DNA of 64,000 nucleotides, from the NCBI GenBank assembly GCA_016192995.1, contig JACPTB010000001.1:65110-129109 (forward strand), given 5' to 3'. Positions within the stretch are counted from its first letter, which is position 1. Each line of letters begins with the position of its first letter. A model generated the notes under the pieces. That model searched no databases. It saw only the letters and a list, made by a program, of their open reading frames with translations, and was not told where the DNA came from. Below are positions 30,079-40,486 of this stretch, one piece after another. This DNA is from Candidatus Woesearchaeota archaeon (lineage in GTDB: Archaea; Nanobdellota; Nanobdellia; Woesearchaeales; DSVV01). Both the position numbers and the translations under genes were made by a program.

Positions 30079-30320
30079 AAATAGAACATAGAGAAAATTT
30101 CCTTAAAAAAATTAGTAAAATAAAGCATCAGACCATCAAAGAACAAATCAAGAAACAAGTTGAGAAAATAATAGAAACTCCAGAGATCGGAAAGCCAATG
30201 CGATATAGTAGAAAAGGAACTCGCGAATTATATGTAAAACCTTATAGGCTAGCGTATGCTTATTTTCAAGAAGAAAAGAAGATTGTTTTCATTGATCTTT
30301 ACCATAAAGATGAGCAGTAA
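30072..30320 (+). CDS. RelE/ParE-family toxin
   Basis: PEIGKPMRY, RELYVKPYRLAY, YHKDEQ. Confidence 0.85.
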   Translation: MLEIEHRENFLKKISKIKHQTIKEQIKKQVEKIIETPEIGKPMRYSRKGTRELYVKPYRLAYAYFQEEKKIVFIDLYHKDEQ

Positions 30321-30327
30321 CGTAAAA

Positions 30328-31284
30328 TTATATCTTCAATTTCTTAACAACACTTTTCTGCAAAGCTTCTAAATCAGTGAATCCTTTAACTGAAAAAGAA
30401 GTTATTGTTTCAGGCGGCAAAATATCAGACTTACTAAAATAAACAATCACTGGCTTTTCTGATTTTTTAAGATGATTGAATAATTTCTTCTGATCAGGAA
30501 TAGTTGCTGCTTGTTCAGTAAGATCAAAAACATAAATAATTACCTGTGCGCAATACTGCAAAGCAAGATGCGCCTGCTGTTCAATAGTATTCATTTTCTC
30601 GAATCTGTTTAAAGTTCCCGGCGTATCAATGAATTGAACGCGCTTGGATTTATATTGCCAGTATCCTAAATTAAGTGATTTTGTCGTGAAAGGATAATTT
30701 TCAATCTCTGGACTTGCAGAGGTAAGCTTTTTCAATAAGGTTGATTTACCAACATTAGGAAAGCCAGCTATGCATACGGTAGGGCAAGAGGTTTTAATTG
30801 CAGGAAAGTTTTTCATGGTTTTCCTGGCTTGTTCCAACATTAAAAGCTCTTTTTTAATTTGCCGTAAAAAAGAGGAAGTTCTTCCATAAAATGCTCTTCT
30901 ATGATTATTAACAACAGTAATATCTCTCGATAGCTTAATATTTTTTGAGGTAAGGCTTGTTAACTCATTAATTTTTTTAACGCACCAGTTCAAAGCTCCC
31001 AGAGATTTCTTAAGATGAACATAGTCTAACGTAATTTTAATAAGTTCTTGATAAAACGGATCAAGCTGGTCTATGCTTGGAAATGAGGTAAGAATACCCA
31101 TTAACTGTGTTGAAAGCACGTTTCTGATCGTAGTAATTTTTTCAAGCTCAATAATCTTTGACTTTTGGAGCTTATTAAATGCTTTAACCTCACGTTGCCG
31201 TTCAGCTTGCTCATTTGCCCTTCTAAAGGCAAGCCCTAAATAGAAATCATCAGTTTCCACTTTTTGAAGATTTTGAAAGTTCAT
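30328..31284 (-). CDS. NOG1-family GTPase
   Basis: PFYQEL, GFPNVGKST, YPFTTK, DTPG, SKSD. Confidence 0.92.
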   Translation of the reverse strand: MNFQNLQKVETDDFYLGLAFRRANEQAERQREVKAFNKLQKSKIIELEKITTIRNVLSTQLMGILTSFPSIDQLDPFYQELIKITLDYVHLKKSLGALNWCVKKINELTSLTSKNIKLSRDITVVNNHRRAFYGRTSSFLRQIKKELLMLEQARKTMKNFPAIKTSCPTVCIAGFPNVGKSTLLKKLTSASPEIENYPFTTKSLNLGYWQYKSKRVQFIDTPGTLNRFEKMNTIEQQAHLALQYCAQVIIYVFDLTEQAATIPDQKKLFNHLKKSEKPVIVYFSKSDILPPETITSFSVKGFTDLEALQKSVVKKLKI

Positions 31285-31319
31285 AAAAGATTATAACTAA
31301 GGATGCTTTATAAATCTGA

Positions 31320-32465
31320 CTAATCACAGAATTCTTTAAGTAATCTTACACCTTCTTTTATTGTTTCAACACTGCATGCATAACTCAACCTTATATAATC
31401 ATCCCTACCAAAAGCAATCCCTGGAACAACAGCAACATGCTTCTCTGCTAAAAGTCGTTGGCTAAATACTTCTGAACTTAAACCAGTATTTTTAATAGAA
31501 GGAAATGCATAAAATGCGCCTTCAGGAAGATTGCAAGTAATGCCTTTGCAAGTTCGTAATCCTTCAACAAGCAGATTTCGCCGTTGCTCAAATTCATTTC
31601 TCATCTTTTCAACACAACTTTGATCACCATTATACGCAGCAACACTTGCATGTTGCGCAATGCTGCAAGAGTTAGAGGTCATCTGGCTTTGCAGCGTGTC
31701 CATTGCTTTGATAATATCTTTTTCAGCTGCAGTAAATCCTATTCTCCAGCCAGTCATAGCATAGGTTTTGGAGACAGAGTTAACAATAATTGTCTTTTTC
31801 TTGATATCCTGTCCTAAGCATGCAATGCTTTTATTCTTTTTTCCATCATAAATAAAATGTTCATACACTTCATCAGAAATAACATACAAATTATGCTTCA
31901 GCACAAGCTCTTTTATTTTTTCTAATTCTTCTTGTTCGATAATTGCTCCGCTTGGATTTGAAGGTGAATTTAAAATAAGTATTTTTGTTTTTTTCGTGAT
32001 TTTTTGTCCAATCAATTCTGTAGTTACTTTGAGGTGTTTTGTTCCACAAAACACAGGAGTTCCTTCTGCAATTTTTACTTGCTCAGGATAACTCGTCCAA
32101 TAAGGAATAGGAATAATCACTTCATCGCCTTTGTTAAGTAACGCAAAAAATACATTGATCAAACTATGTTTGCCTCCATTGGAAACAATAATTTGTTCAG
32201 GTGTATAGGTAAGATTATTTTCTCGCTGTAATTTTTGGCAAATTGCTTTTTTCAATGGAAGAATCCCAGAATTCTCAGTATATTTAGTATAGCTTCTCTC
32301 AAGTGCGTCAACAGCAGCATCTTTTATATGCTGAGGTGTATCAAAATCCGGCTCGCCAGCACCAAAACTAATAACAGTAACACCTTTGCTCCTTAATGCA
32401 ATAACCTGCCCAGTAACTGCCAATGTTTTACTTTCAGAAATATTACTAAGACGTTTTGCGAGCAT
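31320..32465 (-). CDS. Class I PLP aminotransferase (aspartate aminotransferase-like)
   Basis: GEPDFDTP, NSPSNPSG, SDEVY, SKTYAMTGWRIG. Confidence 0.93.
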   Translation of the reverse strand: MLAKRLSNISESKTLAVTGQVIALRSKGVTVISFGAGEPDFDTPQHIKDAAVDALERSYTKYTENSGILPLKKAICQKLQRENNLTYTPEQIIVSNGGKHSLINVFFALLNKGDEVIIPIPYWTSYPEQVKIAEGTPVFCGTKHLKVTTELIGQKITKKTKILILNSPSNPSGAIIEQEELEKIKELVLKHNLYVISDEVYEHFIYDGKKNKSIACLGQDIKKKTIIVNSVSKTYAMTGWRIGFTAAEKDIIKAMDTLQSQMTSNSCSIAQHASVAAYNGDQSCVEKMRNEFEQRRNLLVEGLRTCKGITCNLPEGAFYAFPSIKNTGLSSEVFSQRLLAEKHVAVVPGIAFGRDDYIRLSYACSVETIKEGVRLLKEFCD

Positions 32466-32497
32466 AATAATTTCTTATTAATAAGAAATTAATAAAT

Positions 32498-33022
32498 TTA
32501 TTTATTTTCATGGACAAATAGTTTGCAAGTGCAGGGTAATTTATACTGCGCTTTTTTCAATGCTTTTTTCGCAACATCAAGATGTTGTTTTTCAACATAG
32601 GCGCTTAATACAATCTGCCCTTCTTTAACCTGCGCTGCAATGCCAATGGGCTTGCCAAAAGCAAATGCCATCCCCGTACTCATACGGTCTGCACCTGCGC
32701 CTGAAGCTAATGGATTTTCACGAAGAATATGATGTGGATAGGGACGTAATAGGAGCTGAAAGCCGCTTTTGCCAAGGGCTTTTTCCAATGTTCTGTTTGA
32801 AGTAAGCCTTGCTGATTCTAAGCAGTTATGTCGTAATTGCAAAGATTCAGTTACACAAAGATCTACTTGGTAAGGAAATTTCCTTGATAAATCACCCATA
32901 TTATAACGAACAATTTTACTATGGGGAGAAGCACGCACATACGCTTTCTGCCTAAATTTAGATCTTCTTGTATAAGGCCGATCAATGCGCCTATAAGAAA
33001 CACCTTTTCGTAATTTTGCCAT
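32498..33022 (-). CDS. rpl10e: Ribosomal protein uL16 (L10e)
   Basis: LESAR, YPHHILREN, GAGADRMSTGM, FGKP. Confidence 0.96.
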   Translation of the reverse strand: MAKLRKGVSYRRIDRPYTRRSKFRQKAYVRASPHSKIVRYNMGDLSRKFPYQVDLCVTESLQLRHNCLESARLTSNRTLEKALGKSGFQLLLRPYPHHILRENPLASGAGADRMSTGMAFAFGKPIGIAAQVKEGQIVLSAYVEKQHLDVAKKALKKAQYKLPCTCKLFVHENK

Positions 33023-33065
33023 GATTGTTGAGTTTATGGCTTATTTATAAATTTTGTTATCAAGT

Positions 33066-33220
33066 GTACGTAATAAGTCTGGGGTTTTAGCGCCTGCTTT
33101 TGTGAAGCTCTTCTTAACTTTACTTTGGGGATTTTTCGGAGTTCCAGAGAGAAAAATCCAATTGAAGAACACTTCAAAAGCTGAACCGGCGCTAAAACCT
33201 AAGGAGGACTTATTACGTAC
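33066..33220 (+). mobile_element. Palindromic MITE-like element, subtype A copy 3
   Basis: IR gtacgtaataagtc/gacttattacgtac; perfect 8-bp TSD tatcaagt. Confidence 0.92.
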
Positions 33221-33263
33221 TATCAAGTTAGTGACACTAAGATTATACCACTAATTGAATTTC

Positions 33264-34565
33264 TCACTCATTAATTTTCCATAATTTAGTATCCTTATCC
33301 CAAGCAACTTGTTTTCTATATCCTTTCCCACCAACATATATTTCACACCCATTACCTGGATTTGAGAAATCAAAAATAGGAATATCAACATGGCTTGAAG
33401 CACGAGGAAATACTCCTTGGTCTTTTAATCGCTCTGCAAGAACATCTCTTTTTGTCAAATCAAGTTCTTTCATTAATTCAGGAACAGATTCTTCAGAACC
33501 ATTACCTAAAGCAAGAACTAAAACACCACCTCGTTTTTCAGTATAAAACGGAACTTTCATTCTTGGATCAATACCTGGATGTAATCCTAATGATACTTCA
33601 CCAATACCATGTGTTTTACCTGTTGGTTTTCCCTGTGCATCATAAACTTTAACAATTGCATCTAAATTATGACCGCTATCTTTGACAGCATTATAGCTTG
33701 TCACCGTTCCATCGTCGCCAAATTTAAGCTGTATACCGTTCAGAGTGTAATTTTTATAAACAAAAGGGACGCTAGTAAAAACACTTCCTTTAACTGCATT
33801 AGTTACAGGTGTTAAAAACATTTCTCCACCTGGCATATTTTTATGGCCATCATCAAAAACAGCAACACGATGTTCTATTCCTACATATAATGTTGCTCTT
33901 GTTGTACCTGCAAATTGATGAGTTATGATTTCTATGTAATCTGCATCATCAAGTAATGTTTTAAGTTCAGCATAATCTTGTCCCATTTTCTGGTAATTTA
34001 CATCAATACAAGGACTTAGAGCAGCTTTTCTAAATGCAGCCATATTTACCTGTCCCCTTTTATCAAGAAATCCATTGCTTCGTGCTTCTGCTCTCGTTGG
34101 ATATAAAGCAACAGTCCATGGTTTTGAACGCATCATTTTTTGTCCATAGGGACTTAATGTTCGCCAGAACAAATCATTCATTGCACTGGTCGAAATACCT
34201 TTAACTGAATTATATCTTTGTGGATCTTCAACACCCTTAATATTAAGATAAACGGTATTCTGTTGATCTAATAATGCACCTTCACTGTTAGCAGCAGCAA
34301 TAACTTTGCTAGGATCACTTGCAGTTGCTGCTTCAACTAATAATGCAACACGTTCTCGAGGATCATGCATTCTATTAAGGATTGTTCCTCCAGCTTGTTC
34401 AACTTCTCTAACAACAAGATCAACAAGTGTTTGTTTTTCTCTATTAGCTTCGCCAGAAAGATGGACAGTTATACCTTGAAGACTTCCACCTGCGACTTGC
34501 CCTGCAAGAGAATAATGAACTAATTGTTGTGCATATCTATTTAACTGATCTTCAAACTGAGTCAT
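33264..34565 (-). CDS. M29-family aminopeptidase (divergent)
   Basis: NMPGGEMF, IGEVSLG, EK, SHVD motifs. Confidence 0.75.
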   Translation of the reverse strand: MTQFEDQLNRYAQQLVHYSLAGQVAGGSLQGITVHLSGEANREKQTLVDLVVREVEQAGGTILNRMHDPRERVALLVEAATASDPSKVIAAANSEGALLDQQNTVYLNIKGVEDPQRYNSVKGISTSAMNDLFWRTLSPYGQKMMRSKPWTVALYPTRAEARSNGFLDKRGQVNMAAFRKAALSPCIDVNYQKMGQDYAELKTLLDDADYIEIITHQFAGTTRATLYVGIEHRVAVFDDGHKNMPGGEMFLTPVTNAVKGSVFTSVPFVYKNYTLNGIQLKFGDDGTVTSYNAVKDSGHNLDAIVKVYDAQGKPTGKTHGIGEVSLGLHPGIDPRMKVPFYTEKRGGVLVLALGNGSEESVPELMKELDLTKRDVLAERLKDQGVFPRASSHVDIPIFDFSNPGNGCEIYVGGKGYRKQVAWDKDTKLWKINE

Positions 34566-34718
34566 AGTACTATGTTTCCTCCATTTCTATTCCAGATAGT
34601 ATCCTTCTAAAATATCTTAACATCCCCAGAAAATTGAGGTATTTACCTCTTATTAATAATGAAAAAACCAATGTTTTATAAAGTTATCTATTTCAGTATA
34701 GTTCCACCATAATACAAG

Positions 34719-34961
34719 GTACGTAATAAGTCTGGGGTTTTAGCGCCTACTTTTGTGAAGCTCCTCGATATCTTTATTTGGAATTTTTCGGGGTTCCTTG
34801 CCGATAGGCAAGTCTTATAATCCCAGACGCAAGCCAACTTATGAATCCTTGATTTATATTATTGAGAGAGTCGGGATTATATTTATAGAGAGAAAAATCC
34901 AATCGAAATAATATGTTTAAGCTGAACCGGCGCTAAAACCTAAAGAAGACTTATTACGTAC
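34719..34961 (+). mobile_element. Palindromic MITE-like element, subtype A copy 4 (with 89-nt module)
   Basis: IR gtacgtaataagtc/gacttattacgtac; degenerate flanks aatacaag/cataccag (6/8). Confidence 0.9.
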
Positions 34962-34986
34962 CATACCAGTATATCGAGGTGATTAC

Positions 34987-35535
34987 ATGGTCTTATTAGA
35001 ATCCAGGTATGATACATTAAAACACGGAGATAAAGCACCTTCCTTTGCGTTGAAGAGTATTTCAGGAAAATTATGTTTTTTTGACAAAGTTTCTGGTTAT
35101 CAAGGATATGTGATTATCTTCATGTGCAATCATTGTCCTTATGTTGTACCTAAAATAAAAACTATGATTGATCTGCAAAAAGAATTTCCTCAGATTAAAT
35201 TTATTGGTATCAATAGCAATAACAACCCTGAGTACCCAGATGATAATTTTGAACATATGCAGAAATATGCAGCGCAGTGGAAATTAAATTTTGAGTATGT
35301 GATTGATGAAACTCAAGAGATAGCAAAGAACTATGGAGCAACCTGCACGCCTGATCCATTTCTCTTCGACAAAAACAAGAAATTAGTCTATCATGGAAGA
35401 CTCGATCAATTTCATGGTAAAGAGCAAGGCAATGGCGAAGATCTGCGGCATGCAATTAAAGAAATGCTTGCAGGAAGAAAAGTTTCAGATGACGAAATGT
35501 ATTCCATGGGTTGTTCAATCAAATGGATGAAATAA
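34987..35535 (+). CDS. Thioredoxin-fold AhpC/TSA (PRX-like) protein
   Basis: FMCNHCPYV, ATCTPD, YHGRLD, SMGCSIKW. Confidence 0.92.
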   Translation: MVLLESRYDTLKHGDKAPSFALKSISGKLCFFDKVSGYQGYVIIFMCNHCPYVVPKIKTMIDLQKEFPQIKFIGINSNNNPEYPDDNFEHMQKYAAQWKLNFEYVIDETQEIAKNYGATCTPDPFLFDKNKKLVYHGRLDQFHGKEQGNGEDLRHAIKEMLAGRKVSDDEMYSMGCSIKWMK

Positions 35536-35604
35536 GATTAGAACTAAGGAAATAACAATAAGTTGATTATCAGAAAATAAAGACAATAATATAGGTGAAG
35601 CATT

Positions 35605-36144
35605 TTGATCATTACTATCTCTGGAAAACCTGGTGCTGGAAAAAGTACCGTGGCAAAATTAGCAGCTCGAAAACTGAAGATGAAGCATTATTCTGCTGGA
35701 GAGTTATGGAGAAAAATTGCCCGAAGGAAAAAGATAACTATTTTGCAATTAAATAGATTAGCTGAAAAAAATCCGAATTATGACAAGAAATTAGATGCAG
35801 AAGTTGCAAAACTAGGAACAACACAGGACAATTTTGTTATTGATGGAAGATTGGCGTTTTATTTTATTCCAAATTCTGTTAAAATATTTCTTGATGGTTC
35901 CTTAGAAGTTCGCGCTAAGCGTATTCTCAAAGACAATCGCAAGGAAGAAGATAACCTAACTATTGCCGATACGATAGAAAAAATCAAAAACAGGGAGGGA
36001 TCTGAGCGTAAACGATACAAAAAACTTTATGGCATAGATATGTATCATTCAGAGCATTTTGACCTTGTCATCCCTACCTCTAAAGCGAGCATTTCTCAAG
36101 TAACAAACAAGGTTGTTTCCTTCATAAAAAACAGGAACATTTAA
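35605..36144 (+). CDS. cmk: Cytidylate kinase (archaeal type)
   Basis: ITISGKPGAGKST, DGRL, RYKKLYGID. Confidence 0.92.
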   Translation: MIITISGKPGAGKSTVAKLAARKLKMKHYSAGELWRKIARRKKITILQLNRLAEKNPNYDKKLDAEVAKLGTTQDNFVIDGRLAFYFIPNSVKIFLDGSLEVRAKRILKDNRKEEDNLTIADTIEKIKNREGSERKRYKKLYGIDMYHSEHFDLVIPTSKASISQVTNKVVSFIKNRNI

Positions 36145-36224
36145 AAACAATGGTGTATTATTCACCTAGAAGTGGCACTGTTAAAAATTATATGAATTTA
36201 TATTTAAAACATTGAGGTAAAACT

Positions 36225-38531
36225 ATGGGTTTAGTAAGTATTGTAAAGAGATTAGCACAGATTATGGGTGTGGTTGGTGGGTTAGCTGCAGCAACACCTG
36301 CCTTTGCTGATGAAACTCCTGAGAGATGTGAATCTGTTCGTACTAATACACCACCATTAATAGAGAGATATAAACAATTATGGTCAGATTTAGATACAGA
36401 TTTAGGACCTCATCTTGCTTCTGCAAGCGAACTAACACAAACTCAATCACAGATGTATGCTTCTCAAACAGATGTTTTGAGAAGAATTGCGCAAAGTAAT
36501 ATTAGAAAAATAGATAGTTTACTACAAGCATTACCCTTAGCAGAAGGACAAGGACATATTGATAGTGGATACACCTGTGTAGATTTAGATGCAAAGTTAT
36601 ACGATATAGAAAAAAGTTTCGAAAGAGCTCAAAAAAAAGCAGATGAGATAAGAGACACGGCCAAACGCCATAAAGAAATTCTAGCTGCCCTTAACCATGC
36701 GGTTTGGACTAGTGATTATAGTAGGTTTCATCAATCTAAACGAGAACTTGCATTCGATCTCTCTAGTGAAACGGATTACACAGAGATAGGTGATATTATT
36801 GCTCAAATTGGTGATTACGCACAAGCTTTGCCTGATTTGACAGGTAACTTAGCTATTGCATCAGACAAAGGTACACCTAAATCACCCCCGTCAAGATCAG
36901 GAACAAGCGGAACAACATATAGTCAAGCACCTTCAAGAACATCAGTTTCATCTTCAACAACATCATTAACACTAGTGCTTGATGCTAATGCAATTCCAAC
37001 AGGAATTGGACAAGATATTATCAATAATAGTTATGCATATGCTGCTGCTCATCCAAAACAAGGAAAATCTCAACCAAGAACAGCTTATCGATCACCTATG
37101 ACAAGATTTTGGGCTTTGTTCAAAGGAGCTAATGCAGAGAAAGCAACAAGACATACTTCAGCTAATGTATTAGACGCAATAATTGAGCAAGGAAGAGATA
37201 CACATTTTTCTTTTTCTGGAATAGGAAGATGTGATTATTTAACAGCAGTAGCTGAAAAAACTAAAGATATATACAATAATGGACGATATCATGGACAATT
37301 TAGAATTAGCGATGTTGAAGTAAAAGGTTGTGATAATACTGAGAAGGTAAAATCAGTTACAACTCCACCATCAAATATGCAACCTCAACAACCTGCTCCT
37401 CCAAATGACAATAAAGTTAGACCAGGAGAAGTACATCCTGATTTTCCTACATTCCCAAAAGAGACACTCGATGCACTTCCTGGAACATCAACTGACAATA
37501 CTTTAGATACTCTTATGAAAACCTATACTGCTCATAACCATGCATTTAGTAATGGTCTTTTGGATGCTCATAAATATGTTGCACAAGTTAAGGCAGCAAT
37601 GAGTAAAGGAAATAATGATCTTTATGTTACTGAAAACGGCAGACTTGCAAGAGCAATCTTAGCAAATGAAGGCAGCTTAGTGCGCAAATATAATGATAGA
37701 ATTGCTGATCTGATGGAAGTTGTTGCTGATACAAGCGATCAACGTGCTTTAGATGAAATTCAACGTGCATTAGTTGATGCAACAGCGCGAAGTTATGTGC
37801 GACGCACACCTAAAGTTTTAGCACAATTAGCAGGAGCAGCATTGGCAGTTGAACAAAAGCAAAAAGCAGTTGCTTCTACTCTTGAAAATAGTGTTGGAGC
37901 AGGCTCAGGTCCTGAACCATTAACACATGATCGTGTTCATTATGCAACTGCACGTTACAAAGCAGATGAAGCTATTGATACTTTACATAGTGCATTGATG
38001 ACTGAGAATTATGATTTAGCTCAAAGATTAGCAGGACGAATGTCACCTCGACAAGTAGTAAAAGCAGAATTAGAAATGAATAGAAGTTATGCTTTAACCG
38101 ATCAACAAAGAGCACAATATGGACGCTTCTTTGAAGGAGCAGAACATGCTGCAAACGAACGTGAAGCTCATGTGCGCGCTCAAGCAAGAGAACAAGAATA
38201 TGCTGAAGATTTAGCGCAACTTGGAAATGCTCCCGGATTAAGAACCCATCGTGTGTATAATCAAGTTCGCGCAGGATTAATTGATGGTAATACTGATGCA
38301 TTGAAAATATTGCAAGAAAATGGTATGTTAACATTACAACATATTACAGCTATTGAAGCTGGTATTGATGGAACTCAATTAACAGCAGCAAAAAGAGCAA
38401 GAATTGCTATGGATCTTGAATTTGTTGAACGGTATTTATTATCACCAGCAACTACACCTCGAGATCCAGCAGCAGCACAAGTAATTGCATTTCCACAAAG
38501 AACTGCTATAATTTATGACAAAGCTGCTTAA
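36225..38531 (+). CDS. Large secreted hypothetical protein
   Basis: Signal peptide ending PAFA|DE, helical blocks separated by S/T and P/Q linkers; SD gaggt. Confidence 0.75.
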   Translation: MGLVSIVKRLAQIMGVVGGLAAATPAFADETPERCESVRTNTPPLIERYKQLWSDLDTDLGPHLASASELTQTQSQMYASQTDVLRRIAQSNIRKIDSLLQALPLAEGQGHIDSGYTCVDLDAKLYDIEKSFERAQKKADEIRDTAKRHKEILAALNHAVWTSDYSRFHQSKRELAFDLSSETDYTEIGDIIAQIGDYAQALPDLTGNLAIASDKGTPKSPPSRSGTSGTTYSQAPSRTSVSSSTTSLTLVLDANAIPTGIGQDIINNSYAYAAAHPKQGKSQPRTAYRSPMTRFWALFKGANAEKATRHTSANVLDAIIEQGRDTHFSFSGIGRCDYLTAVAEKTKDIYNNGRYHGQFRISDVEVKGCDNTEKVKSVTTPPSNMQPQQPAPPNDNKVRPGEVHPDFPTFPKETLDALPGTSTDNTLDTLMKTYTAHNHAFSNGLLDAHKYVAQVKAAMSKGNNDLYVTENGRLARAILANEGSLVRKYNDRIADLMEVVADTSDQRALDEIQRALVDATARSYVRRTPKVLAQLAGAALAVEQKQKAVASTLENSVGAGSGPEPLTHDRVHYATARYKADEAIDTLHSALMTENYDLAQRLAGRMSPRQVVKAELEMNRSYALTDQQRAQYGRFFEGAEHAANEREAHVRAQAREQEYAEDLAQLGNAPGLRTHRVYNQVRAGLIDGNTDALKILQENGMLTLQHITAIEAGIDGTQLTAAKRARIAMDLEFVERYLLSPATTPRDPAAAQVIAFPQRTAIIYDKAA

Positions 38532-38555
38532 AACATTTTTAATGTCTGATTCAGA

Positions 38556-38637
38556 GTACGTAATAAGTCTGGGGTTTTAGCGCCTACTTTTCTGAAGCTT
38601 TTCTATCTTTACGTTGAGGATTTTTCGGAGTTCCAGA
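38556..38637 (+). mobile_element. Truncated left half of a subtype A element
   Basis: gtacgtaataagtctggggttttagcgcc...ggatttttcggagttccaga, then homology stops. Confidence 0.88.
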
Positions 38638-38767
38638 AGGTGAAGGAAAGCATTTAGAACAATACAGAAACTCACGAGAGCTTGATGTTGAGGTTGCTGT
38701 TGACAGCTTTGGAAATAGTGTGATAACTCAGTTGTACCTACAAGATAAGCCCTGGATAAAACCTTGA
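38630..38767 (+). pseudogene. Orphan 3' gene fragment resembling the C-terminus of a GDYXXLXY-domain protein
   Basis: VPEGEGKHLEQYRNSRELDVEVAVDSFGNSVITQLYLQDKPWIKP*; no start codon of its own. Confidence 0.55.
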
Positions 38768-38794
38768 ATAGTATTTTTCTTCACTACTGATTAT

Positions 38795-40438
38795 TTACCA
38801 ATATCTTGCTCTCTCTGCTGTTTTTTCTAACGCAGGTAATAATCCTAATAATCCTATATATTGATCTTGTTGTCTTTTAAATTCATTAGGATCTAATGCT
38901 TTAATTTCTTCCATTGCATATTTTATATTTGATAGTATCTCTGGGATTCTGCTTGCCATAAATAATCTTTTCTTTGTATCAAACCAGGCACTGTAAAAAC
39001 ATAAACTTCTAAAAATAACTGAATGTAAATAAGCCATTTTCAAACTCTCAGCCAATGATTTTGATCCAATTAACTCTTCAGGAGTTGATCCCAAGTCCTT
39101 ATATGCTTTAACATATGCTTCTAATCCATTAAAATCATGTTCAAATGTTTTCCCGCAATAATCCCCAAACCGATAAAGATTTGCCACTTCATTTATTAGA
39201 GGAACGCTTGACATCCTTTCTAATTCAAAGTCAACTCTTCCTATTTCAGAAACACCTTTCCTTTTATCAATAACAACTATATATTGTTTAGGATGGGAAT
39301 CTAAGTTAACTACTTCAGGGATATTTTTAAATACTCGAAATATGGTTAAACTAGTGAGAAAATCACAATCACGTGGTTCTAAAAAGCCATATTTACAATA
39401 ACGGTTACTATCTTCAAATCTTTTTTTTAATTCTTTGCTCGGATCAAATTTTCCTAGTACAATAAACTCTTCACCAAGAATGTAATGAAGTTTTCCAGTT
39501 AAAGTTGCAACTTCAGGTAAAAAAGATAATGCAATAGATTTATATTTTCTTGATCTCAATGCCTCATCTAATGTAATTCCTCGTATACGCTCATCGTAAC
39601 GAGCAAATCTTTCGTTGTTGATATACACATAACCAATAGTGTGCGGTAATTTTAATTTAATTCCAGCTTCATCTAATTTTTTTCGAACAATTGTTCGTAC
39701 TCTTGCTTCATTTCTTAATTCTATAAAATTTGATTTTATAACACGAACATTAAGTTCTGTAATATTTCTAGCGTATTTAACTACTTTCACATCAACATCT
39801 CGTCCACCATCACCTAAAGTTTCCTTTACGTCTCCATTTTTCTCGAGCCACACAGCAAATGTTTGATCTAATTGGTTTATTTCTTCAACTCTTCCCAATC
39901 TTGTCAACACTCTTTTAAGACCATCATAATGAAGAGGATTTAAGGTGTAACAAACAAGATATTTTTTATCTTCAGAAACTACACCATATTGAAAAGTAGG
40001 TGAATAATCAAAAGTATTTGGGGAGCTTTGTAGACTATTGTTTAGAGCATCTTCTAAAATTGAATTATGAGAACGATACCATCTAGATCTCATTTTGTCA
40101 AAAGCAAACATTGGTATCCCAAAAAATAATCCCCCTATTATGATTGCGTCTAAAAAAGTTCCCTTGTTTAATGGTGGGTATATTAATGCAGCATATAAGA
40201 AAGCATTTACTTTGCCTGAGGTTTGAAGATCTTCAAATAATTTTTTTAAAACTGATCTTCTTATTTTATCTGAAAATATTATGTGTGATATAGAATATTG
40301 AATAGACGTTTTACCTAAAGAGGAAACTTCTTGATAATCTTCTAACTCAAAAATAGTTATACCATCATCTGTATCGATAGTTAAAAGAAAAGGAGATTCA
40401 CGAACAATATCATCTATACATCTCTGATCCAAAAGCAT
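38795..40438 (-). CDS. Hypothetical protein with C-terminal APH/kinase-like domain
   Basis: KVVK, LNVRVIK, TGKLH, NLDSHPKQY and RVDFE resemble degenerate HxDxxxxN and DFE motifs. Confidence 0.55.
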   Translation of the reverse strand: MLLDQRCIDDIVRESPFLLTIDTDDGITIFELEDYQEVSSLGKTSIQYSISHIIFSDKIRRSVLKKLFEDLQTSGKVNAFLYAALIYPPLNKGTFLDAIIIGGLFFGIPMFAFDKMRSRWYRSHNSILEDALNNSLQSSPNTFDYSPTFQYGVVSEDKKYLVCYTLNPLHYDGLKRVLTRLGRVEEINQLDQTFAVWLEKNGDVKETLGDGGRDVDVKVVKYARNITELNVRVIKSNFIELRNEARVRTIVRKKLDEAGIKLKLPHTIGYVYINNERFARYDERIRGITLDEALRSRKYKSIALSFLPEVATLTGKLHYILGEEFIVLGKFDPSKELKKRFEDSNRYCKYGFLEPRDCDFLTSLTIFRVFKNIPEVVNLDSHPKQYIVVIDKRKGVSEIGRVDFELERMSSVPLINEVANLYRFGDYCGKTFEHDFNGLEAYVKAYKDLGSTPEELIGSKSLAESLKMAYLHSVIFRSLCFYSAWFDTKKRLFMASRIPEILSNIKYAMEEIKALDPNEFKRQQDQYIGLLGLLPALEKTAERARYW

Positions 40439-40486
40439 ATTCTAAGAAATACCTTATGCTTTTAATATTTTTATAGAAAAACACAC

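Noticed and set aside
8675-34961. Variable windows matching each element's own insertion site (bridge-RNA-style self-targeting)
   Set aside because: By eye only short AT-rich matches were found (for example taactat near A1), as expected by chance. Not supported, though not computed.
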